64,000 bases of DNA from an uncultured virus (IMG/VR IMGVR_UViG_3300032245_000303) (Duplodnaviria > Heunggongvirae > Uroviricota > Caudoviricetes): IMG/VR virus record IMGVR_UViG_3300032245_000303. One strand, 5' to 3'. The notes beneath the pieces were generated by a model. The model made no database searches. It had not been told where the DNA came from and saw nothing but the letters and a program-made list of their open reading frames with translations. A program made the position numbers and the translations under genes. Below, one piece after another: positions 1 through 9,808 of this stretch (positions are counted from its first letter, which is position 1; the number at the start of each line of letters is the position of its first letter).

Positions 1-1542
1 ACTATTGAAAAAGGTACTGGCACTATCTTAGCTATACGTAGAAATTGGCAGCCAGACGACAAATTAAAGACTAAACGCCAGCATTTTGTGCATTATGGCT
101 ACATTCCTGGCTTTGGATTCTATTGTTTTGGTCTTATTCACCTTATTGGCGCATATGCTAAGTCAGGTACATCGATTATTCGTCAACTTGTTGACGCAGG
201 TACACTAAGTAACTTACCAGGTGGCTTTAAAACACGTGGTTTACGAGTTAAAGGTGATGATACACCGATTGCCCCAGGCGAATGGCGTGATGTAGATGTA
301 CCAAGTGGTGCAATGCGTGACAATATTATGCCACTTCCATACAAAGAACCTAGCCAAGTACTTGCTATGTTGATGGATAAGATTATTGAAGAAGGCAGAC
401 GCTTTGCAAATACGGCCGATTTGAACCTTTCAGATATGTCAGCACAAGCACCTGTAGGTACGACGTTAGCAATATTAGAACGTACACTCAAAGTGATGTC
501 AGCGGTACAAGCACGTATCCATTACAGCTTAAAACAAGAATTAAAACTTCTTAAAAAGATTATTGCCGATTACACTCCAGAAGATTATAACTATGACCCA
601 GCTGAAGGTGACCGTCGTGCTAAGAAGTCAGACTACGATAACGTTGACGTTATTCCAGTATCTGACCCAAATGCATCAACCATGGCACAAAAAATTGTAC
701 AGTACCAAGCGGTATTACAGTTGGCACAATCTGCTCCACAGATGTATAACATGCCACTATTGCATCGTCAGATGTTGGATGTGTTAGGCGTTAAGAATGC
801 ACAGAAATTAATTCCTATGGTGGAAGATATGAAACCATGTGACCCTGTGACAGAGAATCAGAATATCTTAATGTCAAAACCTGTAAAAGCTTTTGCATAC
901 CAAGACCACCAAGCTCATATCACAGTACATATGGCAGCTATGCAAGACCCTAAAATTATGGCGTTACTACAAAATAATCCAATGGCACAAGCATTGCAAG
1001 CCGCAATGATGGCTCATATTAATGAACATTTAGGTTTCCAATATAGAGTTGAAATTGAAAGTCAATTAGGATTTAATTTACCAGCACAAGTAGATGCATC
1101 GGGTGAAGATGTACCTATGGACCCAGAAACAGAAGCAAGATTAGCTCCTATGTTGTCCATGGCTGCACAACGCTTATTACAACAAAGTCAACAGCAAACT
1201 CAACAAGCGCAAGCTCAACAGCAAGCTCAAGACCCAATCATTCAAATGCAAATGCAAGAACTTCAACTTAAAGCTCAAGAGCAACAACGTAAAGCAGCAA
1301 AAGATAAAGCTGATGTTGAACTAAAAAATAAAGGACTACAAATTGATGCAATGAAAGCTGCTGCTCAAATTGGAGATAGACAGAAGAATGAAAAAGCAAA
1401 TCGTAATCTTGATGCATTAAAAACAGTAGCTCAAATGAAGCAGGATAAAGAGTTAACTACAAAAAAACATGCTTTAGAAATATTAAAACATGAAGATATG
1501 CTTCAGAACCAAAAGGAACAAAACCCTAAACAAGGAGAATAA
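1..1542 (+). CDS. Portal protein, C-terminal part (5' truncated; frame open from base 1)
   Basis: Frame 1 is open from base 1 (TIEKGTGTILAIRRNW...) into the listed ORF. Q-rich coiled-coil C-terminus. The N-terminal part follows the terminase at 63350-64000. Confidence 0.85.
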   Translation, partial: TIEKGTGTILAIRRNWQPDDKLKTKRQHFVHYGYIPGFGFYCFGLIHLIGAYAKSGTSIIRQLVDAGTLSNLPGGFKTRGLRVKGDDTPIAPGEWRDVDVPSGAMRDNIMPLPYKEPSQVLAMLMDKIIEEGRRFANTADLNLSDMSAQAPVGTTLAILERTLKVMSAVQARIHYSLKQELKLLKKIIADYTPEDYNYDPAEGDRRAKKSDYDNVDVIPVSDPNASTMAQKIVQYQAVLQLAQSAPQMYNMPLLHRQMLDVLGVKNAQKLIPMVEDMKPCDPVTENQNILMSKPVKAFAYQDHQAHITVHMAAMQDPKIMALLQNNPMAQALQAAMMAHINEHLGFQYRVEIESQLGFNLPAQVDASGEDVPMDPETEARLAPMLSMAAQRLLQQSQQQTQQAQAQQQAQDPIIQMQMQELQLKAQEQQRKAAKDKADVELKNKGLQIDAMKAAAQIGDRQKNEKANRNLDALKTVAQMKQDKELTTKKHALEILKHEDMLQNQKEQNPKQGE

Positions 1543-1548
1543 TAAATA

Positions 1549-1740
1549 ATGGATACCCTCGATTACCTTCAAAAGGAAATCACTGAACGCATGACAATGC
1601 TAAGTGATGCTGCCTCCCGTGGACAATGCGCATCTTTTGAGGAATATAAATACACATGTGGTCAGTTACGCGGTCTTGAAGCTGCATGTGCCATTATCAA
1701 AGACCTGAAAAACAGAATGGAGAACTCGGACGATGAGTAA
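1549..1740 (+). CDS. Small conserved phage protein
   Basis: GGAG RBS upstream. YKYTCGQLRGL motif typical of the small gene between portal and GroES in such phages. Confidence 0.6.
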   Translation: MDTLDYLQKEITERMTMLSDAASRGQCASFEEYKYTCGQLRGLEAACAIIKDLKNRMENSDDE

Positions 1741-2191
1741 CCTTAACTTTGACAGAGCGTTAGATTTGTCAGATATGGCGGAACGCGCTAAAAAAGAAGG
1801 TCAAGAAGAAGCAGAAATACGAGCAATTGTAGGCGATGCAACAGATGTTGAAAAAGCAAAGCAGCTTCCTAAACCTTCTGGATACCGCATTCTATGCGCA
1901 ATACCAGAAGTAGATAAAGAAACCGATAGTGGTTTAGCTCTCCCAGACGAATATATTAGACGGGAAGAACTTTTATCTACAGTACTATATGTAGTAGCTC
2001 TAGGTCCAGATTGCTTTAAGGACCCAACTAGATTCCCAAATGGCCCATGGTGTAAAGAAAAAGACTTTGTATTGGTTAGACCCAATGCAGGTACTCGACT
2101 TGTCATACATGGTAAGGAATTTAGAATCATCAATGACGATTCTGTCGAGGCAGTAGTAGAAGACCCTCGTGGAATTAAACGTAAATTTTAA
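1733..2191 (+). CDS. groES: GroES-like co-chaperonin (Cpn10)
   Basis: PSGYRIL...SGLALP...VVALGPD...GKEFRIINDDSVEAVV matches the Cpn10 pattern. Confidence 0.85.
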   Translation: MSNLNFDRALDLSDMAERAKKEGQEEAEIRAIVGDATDVEKAKQLPKPSGYRILCAIPEVDKETDSGLALPDEYIRREELLSTVLYVVALGPDCFKDPTRFPNGPWCKEKDFVLVRPNAGTRLVIHGKEFRIINDDSVEAVVEDPRGIKRKF

Positions 2192-2203
2192 TAGGAGGCG
2201 GAC

Positions 2204-3193
2204 ATGGCCGAAGTAGAAAAAGAGGAATATCAATTTCCTGACGAAGCACCAGAAAAAAAGACTGAAGAAAAAATAGAGATTCATGATGAAGTTAATAATG
2301 AACTTCAAATTGACATTGAAGACGATACACCTCCCGAGGACCGTAATCGTACACCTTCAGACCCAAACAAAGTCAAAGAACTTGAAGTAGAAGTTGATGA
2401 CCTAGATAAGTATAGTAAAGACGCTAAGGACAAACTTATTCGCATGAAGCGAGTATGGAATGACGAACGTCGTCGTGCAGAATCTGCAGAACGTCAAAGT
2501 CAAGCAGCAATTGAAGCCGCACAACGTTTAATGGAAGAAAATAGACGTATCAAAGGTATGCTTTCTCAAGGTGAGGAAGAATACAAAGAAGCGGTGAAGG
2601 GCGCAGCAGAAGCCAAAGTTAAAGAAGCCAAACGTGCATACAAAGAAGCATATGATGCAGGTGATGGTGACAAAATGGTTGAAGCTCAAGAAGAAATGAC
2701 TAATGCCCAGCTTGAACTAGAAAAAGTAAAAAGATTTAAGCTACCCCCTTTACAACAGGAAGAAAATCCTGTACAAAGTGAGTATGCAACTCCACAAGTG
2801 CCTCGCCCAGATGATAGGGTGATGCGTTGGCAAGCAGACAATGAGTGGTTCGGACAGAACAAAGCTATGACTGCATTTGCACTTGGGCTCCATGAAGAGC
2901 TTAAAGATAACGGCATTGTAGTGGGTTCAGATAGATATTACGCAGAGTTGGACAAAACGATGCATAAACGTTTTTCAGAATACTTCAATCCTGAAGATGC
3001 TGAAGAACCAAAAGAAGGGGCAAAGTCTAAAGAGGACACTTCTAAAACTAAGCCGATAACGAATGTAGCTCCGGCTACACGGTCGACGGCACCGAAGCGA
3101 GTCAGGCTTTCGCAATCGCAAGTTGCAATTGCTAAGAAACTTGGCTTAACACCAGAGCAGTACGTTCGTGAACTTTTGAAAATGGAGGCCTAA
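2204..3193 (+). CDS. Putative capsid scaffolding protein
   Basis: Acidic coiled-coil protein upstream of the capsid genes, ending LSQSQVAIAKKLGLTPEQY. GGAGG RBS. Confidence 0.65.
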   Translation: MAEVEKEEYQFPDEAPEKKTEEKIEIHDEVNNELQIDIEDDTPPEDRNRTPSDPNKVKELEVEVDDLDKYSKDAKDKLIRMKRVWNDERRRAESAERQSQAAIEAAQRLMEENRRIKGMLSQGEEEYKEAVKGAAEAKVKEAKRAYKEAYDAGDGDKMVEAQEEMTNAQLELEKVKRFKLPPLQQEENPVQSEYATPQVPRPDDRVMRWQADNEWFGQNKAMTAFALGLHEELKDNGIVVGSDRYYAELDKTMHKRFSEYFNPEDAEEPKEGAKSKEDTSKTKPITNVAPATRSTAPKRVRLSQSQVAIAKKLGLTPEQYVRELLKMEA

Positions 3194-3194
3194 G

Positions 3195-3641
3195 ATGGCT
3201 GAGAATAAAATAAGTAGAGATATAGATAATCGTGAATTTAATGAGCGCCCTAAACAGTGGACGCAACCTGAACTTCTCCCTGAGCCTGATAAACAGGCTG
3301 GTTATGCATATCGATGGATTCGTGTTTCAACACTAAATAACGCAGACCCACGTAACCTTTCCGCTAAATTGCGTGAAGGATGGGAACCCGTAAGTCTTGA
3401 AGAACAACCCAAATTTAAACTGTTAGCTGACCCCAACAGTCGATATAAAGACAATGTTGAGATTGGCGGTTTACTCCTCTGTAAGACTCCTGTCGAATTT
3501 GTCCAACAACGTAATGAACATTACGCTAAACAAAGCGATATGCAAACTCAAGCAGTGGACCAGACTTTAATGCGCCAAAGCGACCCTCGTATGCCTTTGT
3601 TCAATGAACGTAAGACTACGACTAGTTTTGGTAAAGGTTAA
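3195..3641 (+). CDS. Conserved head-module protein
   Basis: YRWIR...GWEPV...IGGLLLCK motif; lies between scaffold and capsid. Confidence 0.55.
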   Translation: MAENKISRDIDNREFNERPKQWTQPELLPEPDKQAGYAYRWIRVSTLNNADPRNLSAKLREGWEPVSLEEQPKFKLLADPNSRYKDNVEIGGLLLCKTPVEFVQQRNEHYAKQSDMQTQAVDQTLMRQSDPRMPLFNERKTTTSFGKG

Positions 3642-3665
3642 TAATTAATATAAAAGGAGTTATAA

Positions 3666-4274
3666 ATGGCTTATCCTGTCGTTAGTAATCCCTATGGCTT
3701 TCGCCCGTTAAACCGTATCGACGGTTTACCATATGCTGGTGCTTTCCGTCAAATACCTATTGCTAGTACTTATAATACTGCAATTTATTACGGTGACCCA
3801 GTTGCGATTGTTACAGGTGGAACTATTGCAAAATCTTCAACATCAGGCTCTGAAGTTACATCAGCAGTTATTGTTGGTATTTTTGTAGGTGTTCAATATG
3901 TAAATGCACAAGGTCAAACTGTGCAAGCTCAGTACTACCCTGGCACGTCAGTAACAAACGCAGTTGCGTACGTTGTTGATGACCCAATGGCTGCTTTCCA
4001 AGTAGCAGTTGGTTATGCTAATGGTGTAGTTACAACAGTGCAACAAAATGCAGTTGGTACAAACATGTCATACTACGCTGGTACTGGTTCAACCACTACT
4101 GGTGATTCAGGTGCATGGGTTACCGCAGCATCTGGTGCAAATACATCAACATTACCGTGGCGCGTTATTCGTGTTGTGCCTGATACAAACGTTACTTCAA
4201 CAACTTTCTGTGAAGTTCTCGTTAAAATCAATACACAACAATACAACGTTGCTCTCGCAAACAATTTAGCTTAA
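3666..4274 (+). CDS. Putative capsid decoration / minor head protein
   Basis: Beta-rich composition, strong RBS, directly upstream of the major capsid gene. Confidence 0.55.
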   Translation: MAYPVVSNPYGFRPLNRIDGLPYAGAFRQIPIASTYNTAIYYGDPVAIVTGGTIAKSSTSGSEVTSAVIVGIFVGVQYVNAQGQTVQAQYYPGTSVTNAVAYVVDDPMAAFQVAVGYANGVVTTVQQNAVGTNMSYYAGTGSTTTGDSGAWVTAASGANTSTLPWRVIRVVPDTNVTSTTFCEVLVKINTQQYNVALANNLA

Positions 4275-4290
4275 TTAAGGAGAAATAAAC

Positions 4291-5199
4291 ATGGCTATTT
4301 CACGTGCACAGCTCCTAAAAGAGCTATTACCAGGACTTAATGCGCTATTCGGTTTAGAGTACGCAAAATACGGCGAAGAACATAAAGAAATTTATGAAAC
4401 AGAAAATTCTGAACGTTCATTCGAAGAAGAAACAAAACTTTCAGGTTTCTCAGCTGCCCCAGTTAAAAACGAAGGCGCTGCAATTGCTTATGACAATGGT
4501 CAAGAAGCTTGGACAGCTCGCTATACACACGAAACTATTGCTCAAGGCTTCAGCTTAACTGAAGAAGCTATTGAAGATAACTTGTATGATTCATTATCAG
4601 CACGTTATACAAAAGCATTAGCTCGTTCTATGGCTTACACAAAACAAGTTAAGGCTGCTGCAGTTCTTAATAATGGCTTTACTGCTGGTTACAACGGCGG
4701 TGATGGTCAACCATTATTCTCTGCATCACATCCACTCGTTTCAGGCGGTACAAACAGTAACATTCCTACAACTCCAGCAGATTTGAATGAAACTTCTTTA
4801 GAAGCAGCAGTAATTCAAATTTCATTATGGACTGATGAACGTAGCTTACTTATCGCTGCTAAACCACGTAAACTTATCGTTCCACCAGCATTGCAATTCG
4901 TTGCAACACGCTTGTTAGAAACTGAGTTACGTGTTGGTACAAACGACAATGACATCAATGCGATAAAAAACAACGGTGCTATTCCAGAAGGTTACGCAAT
5001 TAACCACTTCTTGACTGACACAAATGGTTGGTATTTAACAACTGATGTACCTAACGGTATGAAACACTTTGTTCGTGTTCCACTACAACAATCTATGGAC
5101 GGCGACTTTGATACAGGTAATGTACGTTATAAATCACGTGAACGTTACTCATTCGGTTGGTCTGACCCATTAGGTATGTTTGGTTCAGCAGGTGCTTAA
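4291..5199 (+). CDS. Major capsid protein
   Basis: MAISRAQLLKELLPGLNALFG N-terminus and DFDTGNVRYKSRERYSFGWSDP C-terminus, typical of an aquatic phage capsid family. Strong RBS and followed by a terminator. Confidence 0.9.
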   Translation: MAISRAQLLKELLPGLNALFGLEYAKYGEEHKEIYETENSERSFEEETKLSGFSAAPVKNEGAAIAYDNGQEAWTARYTHETIAQGFSLTEEAIEDNLYDSLSARYTKALARSMAYTKQVKAAAVLNNGFTAGYNGGDGQPLFSASHPLVSGGTNSNIPTTPADLNETSLEAAVIQISLWTDERSLLIAAKPRKLIVPPALQFVATRLLETELRVGTNDNDINAIKNNGAIPEGYAINHFLTDTNGWYLTTDVPNGMKHFVRVPLQQSMDGDFDTGNVRYKSRERYSFGWSDPLGMFGSAGA

Positions 5200-5222
5200 T
5201 TAAGCATTTGATATGTACTACT

Positions 5223-5250
5223 AAAAAGGGGCTTAATTGCCCCTTTTTTT
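5223..5250 (+). terminator. Rho-independent terminator after the capsid gene
   Basis: AAAAAGGGGC-TTAATT-GCCCCTTTTTTT hairpin with U-tract. Confidence 0.85.
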
Positions 5251-5296
5251 ATTTATAATTACTTGCTTTATGATAAAAATGTAGTAATATAGTTAT

Positions 5297-5377
5297 ATCC
5301 GGGTAATCCGGTTTATTAGACTGTCCCGGCAGATACATACATAACTAATAAACTTAACTTTGTATGAAGGATAAATT
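5297..5377 (+). promoter_or_regulatory. Candidate structured (pseudoknotted) 5' leader of ORF 5378
   Basis: GTTTATTAG/CTAATAAAC stem. Loop segments CCCGG and CATACA are complementary to flanking CCGGG and TGTATG. Promoter-like TTGCTT(5263)-16-TAATAT(5285) upstream. Confidence 0.5.
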
Positions 5378-5872
5378 ATGGCTCGTTCTACCACACTAGC
5401 TGTTTGGCGCTCTAACGGTGGGGACCAAACACGCACTACTACCGCCGGTTCAATGTTAATGACTGTTCCGTTTTATATTGCAAACGTTGCAGCAACAGCA
5501 AACGTTGTTGTTTCATCAAGCTTAACTACTACTCCAGTTGTTTTACCAGCTAACGCAGTTGTTACAAATGTTACTGTAACAGCAACAGGTACAGGTAAAA
5601 TTGATTTAGGCTTTACACCACTATCAAATATTGGTCCAGGACAAACACCTGCAACAGGTACAGCAGTTCCAACAGGTTTATTATCTAATGCATCTACAGC
5701 ATCTCGTGCAGTATTTGCAGTTGGTGGTGCTAATACAGGCGCTTCATTAGGTAATGTTGCTAATGCTACTAATGTAGTTGTTATTACATCAGCTGCTAAT
5801 GGCGCAGCTTCAGGTACATCAAGCGGTTATATTAGCTTCTATGTATCTGATAACGGTCAACAACAAAACTAA
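5378..5872 (+). CDS. Putative virion structural protein
   Basis: A/T/G/V-rich beta-type protein in the head module. Confidence 0.5.
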   Translation: MARSTTLAVWRSNGGDQTRTTTAGSMLMTVPFYIANVAATANVVVSSSLTTTPVVLPANAVVTNVTVTATGTGKIDLGFTPLSNIGPGQTPATGTAVPTGLLSNASTASRAVFAVGGANTGASLGNVANATNVVVITSAANGAASGTSSGYISFYVSDNGQQQN

Positions 5873-5919
5873 TTAATCTAGGGGGCTTTTGCCCCCATTA
5901 AAATTTAAGGAGATTAATT

Positions 5920-6432
5920 ATGACAATGCAATATGATGTAAAACAGGCACATCTTAATGGTAGTGGTATTTTAGTACCATTTACTACTCGCATTAAAGGG
6001 TTGTCAATTACTGGCACTGCAACTGCAGGAACACTAACTTTATTTGATACAGTAACAGCACCTGTAACTACAGCTACATATGGTCGTTCAGGAACTACGG
6101 TAACAATTACTCAATCAGCTCACGGTTTAACAACTGGACAAGTTATTGGTATTGACTTTGCTGCAGGTACAGGCGGAACTGCTACTAATGGTAACTATGC
6201 TGTTACAGTTACTAATTCTAGTACCTTTACTGTTACAGATATTAATAGTGGCACAATTACTGCTAGTCCATCCCTTGTATATTCAACAGGTAAATGGTTA
6301 GCTTCATATGATATAGCAGCAGGAGATAGTTATAATAATGCACCATTTATTCCAGGAGAAGGCGTAAAAGCTGTTACTGGAGTATATGCTTATATGACTA
6401 ATTTAACTGCAGTAAATATTTACTATGGCTAA
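5920..6432 (+). CDS. Putative virion structural protein with an inserted beta domain
   Basis: AGGAG RBS. TVTITQSAHGLTTGQ...NGNYAVT...TFTV segment typical of phage structural decoration domains. Confidence 0.5.
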   Translation: MTMQYDVKQAHLNGSGILVPFTTRIKGLSITGTATAGTLTLFDTVTAPVTTATYGRSGTTVTITQSAHGLTTGQVIGIDFAAGTGGTATNGNYAVTVTNSSTFTVTDINSGTITASPSLVYSTGKWLASYDIAAGDSYNNAPFIPGEGVKAVTGVYAYMTNLTAVNIYYG

Positions 6433-6679
6433 AAAAGGTGTATCTCTAGCAATCGGACGTGGTGAGAAGCTCCCTGTATCAAAAGGTGCAGGTCTTACCG
6501 CTAAAGGTCGTGCTAAATATAATGCAGCTACTGGGTCAAACCTCAAGGCTCCTCAACCTCAAGGTGGTCCTCGCAAAAAGTCATTCTGTGCAAGAATGTC
6601 TGGTATGCCTGGTCCTATGAAAGATGAAAAAGGTAGACCAACTAGAAAGGCAGCGTCATTAAAACGCTGGAAATGTTAA
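6425..6679 (+). CDS. Small basic conserved phage protein
   Basis: GLTAKGRAKYN...RKKSFCARM...SLKRWKC; K/R-rich. Confidence 0.6.
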   Translation: MAKKGVSLAIGRGEKLPVSKGAGLTAKGRAKYNAATGSNLKAPQPQGGPRKKSFCARMSGMPGPMKDEKGRPTRKAASLKRWKC

Positions 6680-6879
6680 TGGTTAAACATATTGTTGAAA
6701 TAAATGAACACACGAAACATGTAATTGATGGAGCCTCTATTGCTACAGTATTGGGAACATTGGCAAATATTCTTCCAGCTATGGCAGCTTTATTTACTAT
6801 CGTATGGACAGCCATACGTATATATGAAACTAAAACTGTACAATCTTGGATAAAAAAGAAAAATGCCGAGCAAGAGTAA
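6673..6879 (+). CDS. Small membrane protein (holin-like)
   Basis: Hydrophobic segment followed by IRIYETKTV and a basic tail. Confidence 0.45.
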   Translation: MLMVKHIVEINEHTKHVIDGASIATVLGTLANILPAMAALFTIVWTAIRIYETKTVQSWIKKKNAEQE

Positions 6880-7264
6880 AAAGCAACACAATTTAATGGC
6901 AGCGGTGGCAAACAATCCAGCGTTTGCTAAAAAAGTAGGAATTCCTGTCTCTGTTGGTAAAGATTTTACAGCTGCTGACAAAGGCAAGAAGTTTGGGTCT
7001 GGAGGTCGTGCAGACTTACAGAAAATTAACGCGTCTAAGACTAAACATGGTCAACAGGCAATTTTAAGTAAAGGTGAAAATATTATGGCTACAAAAATGT
7101 GTGGTGGTGGTAAAGCTAAAAAAATGGCTTCAGGTGGTATTGCTGCTTCAGGTATGGGTAAAGTAGTTGCTGGTGGTAAACGTCCTCATGGCGAACATAC
7201 AGTTCAACAAAAAGGTCATACAAAAGGTAAAAATATTACAATGAAAAAAGGCGGTAAGTGCTAA
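6863..7264 (+). CDS. Small basic protein with repeated hydrophobic-x-x-GG motifs
   Basis: MPSKSKKQHNLMAAVA N-terminus; FGSGG, MCGGG, MASGG, MKKGG. Confidence 0.6.
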   Translation: MPSKSKKQHNLMAAVANNPAFAKKVGIPVSVGKDFTAADKGKKFGSGGRADLQKINASKTKHGQQAILSKGENIMATKMCGGGKAKKMASGGIAASGMGKVVAGGKRPHGEHTVQQKGHTKGKNITMKKGGKC

Positions 7265-7273
7265 GGAGCTATT

Positions 7274-7516
7274 ATGGCAGACCCAAATCAACAAGCAGCA
7301 GATAAGTTAAATAAAGAAATTAAAAAAGTTCAAGCAGAACAAGCGGCTAGCTTTGATAAAGCTTCTGAAGCTGTAAGAACAGGTAAGATTCCAGCTCCTA
7401 CAGAAAATGATATGGGGCCATTACCTACTAAACCAGCACCTAAAAAATACTCTAAAGGTGGCTCTGCTTCTGCTCGTGCTGATGGTATTGCTATTAGAGG
7501 AAAGACTAGAGCATGA
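7274..7516 (+). CDS. Small protein ending YSKGG...ADGIAIRGKTRA
   Basis: AGGAG RBS; coupled to neighbouring genes. Confidence 0.55.
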   Translation: MADPNQQAADKLNKEIKKVQAEQAASFDKASEAVRTGKIPAPTENDMGPLPTKPAPKKYSKGGSASARADGIAIRGKTRA

Positions 7517-7785
7517 GACCCTCTCGTGGTATGGGTGATGTTAATCCATCTAAAATGCCGAAAGCAGTTAAAAAAGCTCGTCGGGATAATACTGATTTTA
7601 CTCAGTATAAAAAAGGTGGTAGCGTAAATGCTGCAGGTAACTACACAAAACCTAGTTTAAGAAAAAGAATTGTATCTCAAGTTAAATCTGCAGCTACACA
7701 TGGCACAGGCGCTGGTCAATGGTCAGCTCGTAAGGCGCAACTCGTTGCTAAAAAGTATAAAGCTGCAGGTGGCGGATATAAATGA
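7513..7785 (+). CDS. Small basic protein
   Basis: GQWSARKAQLVAKKYKAAGGGYK motif; ATGA overlaps at both ends. Confidence 0.6.
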   Translation: MRPSRGMGDVNPSKMPKAVKKARRDNTDFTQYKKGGSVNAAGNYTKPSLRKRIVSQVKSAATHGTGAGQWSARKAQLVAKKYKAAGGGYK

Positions 7786-8033
7786 GTGCATTAGCTAAAC
7801 CACAACGTTCACTTAAATCATGGGGCGAACAAAAGTGGAGAACTAAGTCAGGTAAAAAGTCTAGTGAAACAGGTGAAAGATATTTACCTGAAAAAGCAAT
7901 AAAAGCATTAAGCCCTCAAGAGTACGCTGCTACAACGAAGGCTAAAAGAGCAGGTAAAGCTAAAGGTAAGCAGTTTGTAGCTCAACCTAAATCTATTAAA
8001 CAAAAAGTAAAACCTTATAGAAAGGTATCATAA
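7782..8033 (+). CDS. Small basic protein
   Basis: QRSLKSWGEQKWRTKSGK...ERYLPEKAI motif, common in phage head modules. Confidence 0.6.
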   Translation: MSALAKPQRSLKSWGEQKWRTKSGKKSSETGERYLPEKAIKALSPQEYAATTKAKRAGKAKGKQFVAQPKSIKQKVKPYRKVS

Positions 8034-8034
8034 C

Positions 8035-8211
8035 ATGGCAGAAAAATGGATTCAAAAAGCTATTAAAAAACCTGGTGCATTACGTGCACAACTAGGTGCT
8101 AAACCTGGTAAGCCGATTCCAGCGGGTAAGCTAGCAAAAGCTGCTAAAGCTCCAGGTAAAACTGGACAACGTGCAAGATTAGCACAAACACTTAAAAAAC
8201 TAGGAAAATAA
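8035..8211 (+). CDS. Small basic protein, 58 aa (not in ORF track)
   Basis: Manual translation MAEKWIQKAIKKPGALRAQLG...RARLAQTLKKLGK*. TAATG overlap with the next gene. Confidence 0.75.
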   Translation: MAEKWIQKAIKKPGALRAQLGAKPGKPIPAGKLAKAAKAPGKTGQRARLAQTLKKLGK

Positions 8212-9149
8212 TGGCAACTACAGGTCTAAGTACATTTAATTTAGACATGAACGAAATAGTTGAGGAAGCATTTGAAAGATGCGGAAAACAACTACGTTCA
8301 GGTTATGACTTTCGCACAGCTAGACGGTCCATCAATTTATTAACAATTGAATGGGCTAACAAAGGTATTAATCTTTGGACAGTTGAGCAAGGTCAAATTG
8401 TAATGAATACTGGCCAAGCCATATATCCACTTCCTGTAGATACTATTGATATACTTGATGCTGTAACGCGTCAATATAATGGTATGCAAACAAATCAAAT
8501 TGATATTAATATCAATCGCATTAGTGAATCAACCTACTCTACGATTCCTAATAAAAATGCTACAGGTCGTCCAATTCAAATGTATGTAAATCGTCAATCT
8601 GGTAATGTGGCAGATATAGCGCAAACAACAGTGGCTACAGGATATCCAATCTCTGCAAGTGATACAACCATTACGTTAACATCAGTTACAGGACTTCCTA
8701 CAGTAGGATTTATTAATATTGATAACGAAACGATTGGTTATCAAAATATTGTAGGTAATCAAATTTTAAATGCATGGCGTGGTCAAAATGGTACAACAGC
8801 TGCAAGTCATGCTGCAGGTGCTAGTGTATATGTAAATTATTTACCAAGCCTTAATGTTTGGCCTACACCGAACCCACCGGGTAATCAGTACACACTTGTA
8901 TATTATCGTATGCGTAGATTACAAGATGCAGGTAATGGAGTTAATACAGAAGATATTCCATTCCGTATGATTCCTGCTATGGCTGCAGGTTTAGCTTATC
9001 ATTTAAGTGTAAAACTTGAAGGCGTTGATATGCAACGTATTATGGGACTAAAAGCAGCCTATGAAGAAACATGGGACCAAGCTTCCTCAGAAGACCGAGA
9101 GAAAGCTCCATTACGTTGGGTACCAAGAAATACATTTTATTATAGATAA
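8211..9149 (+). CDS. Putative head-tail adaptor / tail tubular protein
   Basis: IVEEAFERCG...ARRSINLL N-terminus and helical C-terminus, with an inserted beta domain (RGQNGTTAASH). Confidence 0.55.
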   Translation: MATTGLSTFNLDMNEIVEEAFERCGKQLRSGYDFRTARRSINLLTIEWANKGINLWTVEQGQIVMNTGQAIYPLPVDTIDILDAVTRQYNGMQTNQIDININRISESTYSTIPNKNATGRPIQMYVNRQSGNVADIAQTTVATGYPISASDTTITLTSVTGLPTVGFINIDNETIGYQNIVGNQILNAWRGQNGTTAASHAAGASVYVNYLPSLNVWPTPNPPGNQYTLVYYRMRRLQDAGNGVNTEDIPFRMIPAMAAGLAYHLSVKLEGVDMQRIMGLKAAYEETWDQASSEDREKAPLRWVPRNTFYYR

Positions 9150-9151
9150 AA

Positions 9152-9586
9152 ATGTCAACTAAATACTCTAGTGGAAAAAATGCTATTGCCGAATGCGATA
9201 GATGTGCATTTAGATACAAGTTGCATGAATTACGTACTGAAATTGTTAAGACTAAACCTTATAGAATTAAAGTATGTAGAACTTGTTTTAATCCTGACCA
9301 GCCACAGTTATTACTTGGAACTTTTCCCGTGTATGACCCACAAGCTGTACAGGAACCACGTCCAGACGTGTCGTACTATGTATCAGGACAAAGTGGTGTA
9401 TTAACAAATTTATATGCAGCTAACGTAAATAGTGCAGATGAGTATGGATATCCAGAAGCAGGTAGTAGAATATTCCAATGGGGTTGGGGTCCGGTTGGCG
9501 GTGCAAGAAGTAATGATACAGGATTAACCCCAAATGACTTGATATGTAACACACAAGTCGGTACAGTAACAATATCTACAACATAA
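9152..9586 (+). CDS. Conserved phage protein with two CxxC motifs
   Basis: CDRC...CRTC followed by DPQAVQEPRPD. Confidence 0.55.
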   Translation: MSTKYSSGKNAIAECDRCAFRYKLHELRTEIVKTKPYRIKVCRTCFNPDQPQLLLGTFPVYDPQAVQEPRPDVSYYVSGQSGVLTNLYAANVNSADEYGYPEAGSRIFQWGWGPVGGARSNDTGLTPNDLICNTQVGTVTISTT

Positions 9587-9597
9587 GGAGTAATAAA

Positions 9598-9807
9598 ATG
9601 GCAGAAAAAGATAAATCAGATTTATCGCAAGATAAAAAGCTAATTAAAAAAGCTTTTAAAATGCATGATGCACAAGAACATAAAGGCAGTAAAGGTACTA
9701 GTTTAGCTAGTCTTAAAAAAGGTGGTCCAACTTCAGCAGATATGAAGAGAATGGGTCGTAATTTAGCTCGTGTAGCTAACCAAAAAGGTTCATCAAGAGG
9801 AAAATAA
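9598..9807 (+). CDS. Small basic protein
   Basis: AGGAG RBS; LKKGG motif. Confidence 0.55.
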   Translation: MAEKDKSDLSQDKKLIKKAFKMHDAQEHKGSKGTSLASLKKGGPTSADMKRMGRNLARVANQKGSSRGK

Positions 9808-9808
9808 T

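Noticed and set aside
5881..5896. GGGGGC-TTTT-GCCCCC hairpin as a terminator
   Set aside because: Good stem but no following U-tract; it may be a stabilising hairpin, so it was not called.
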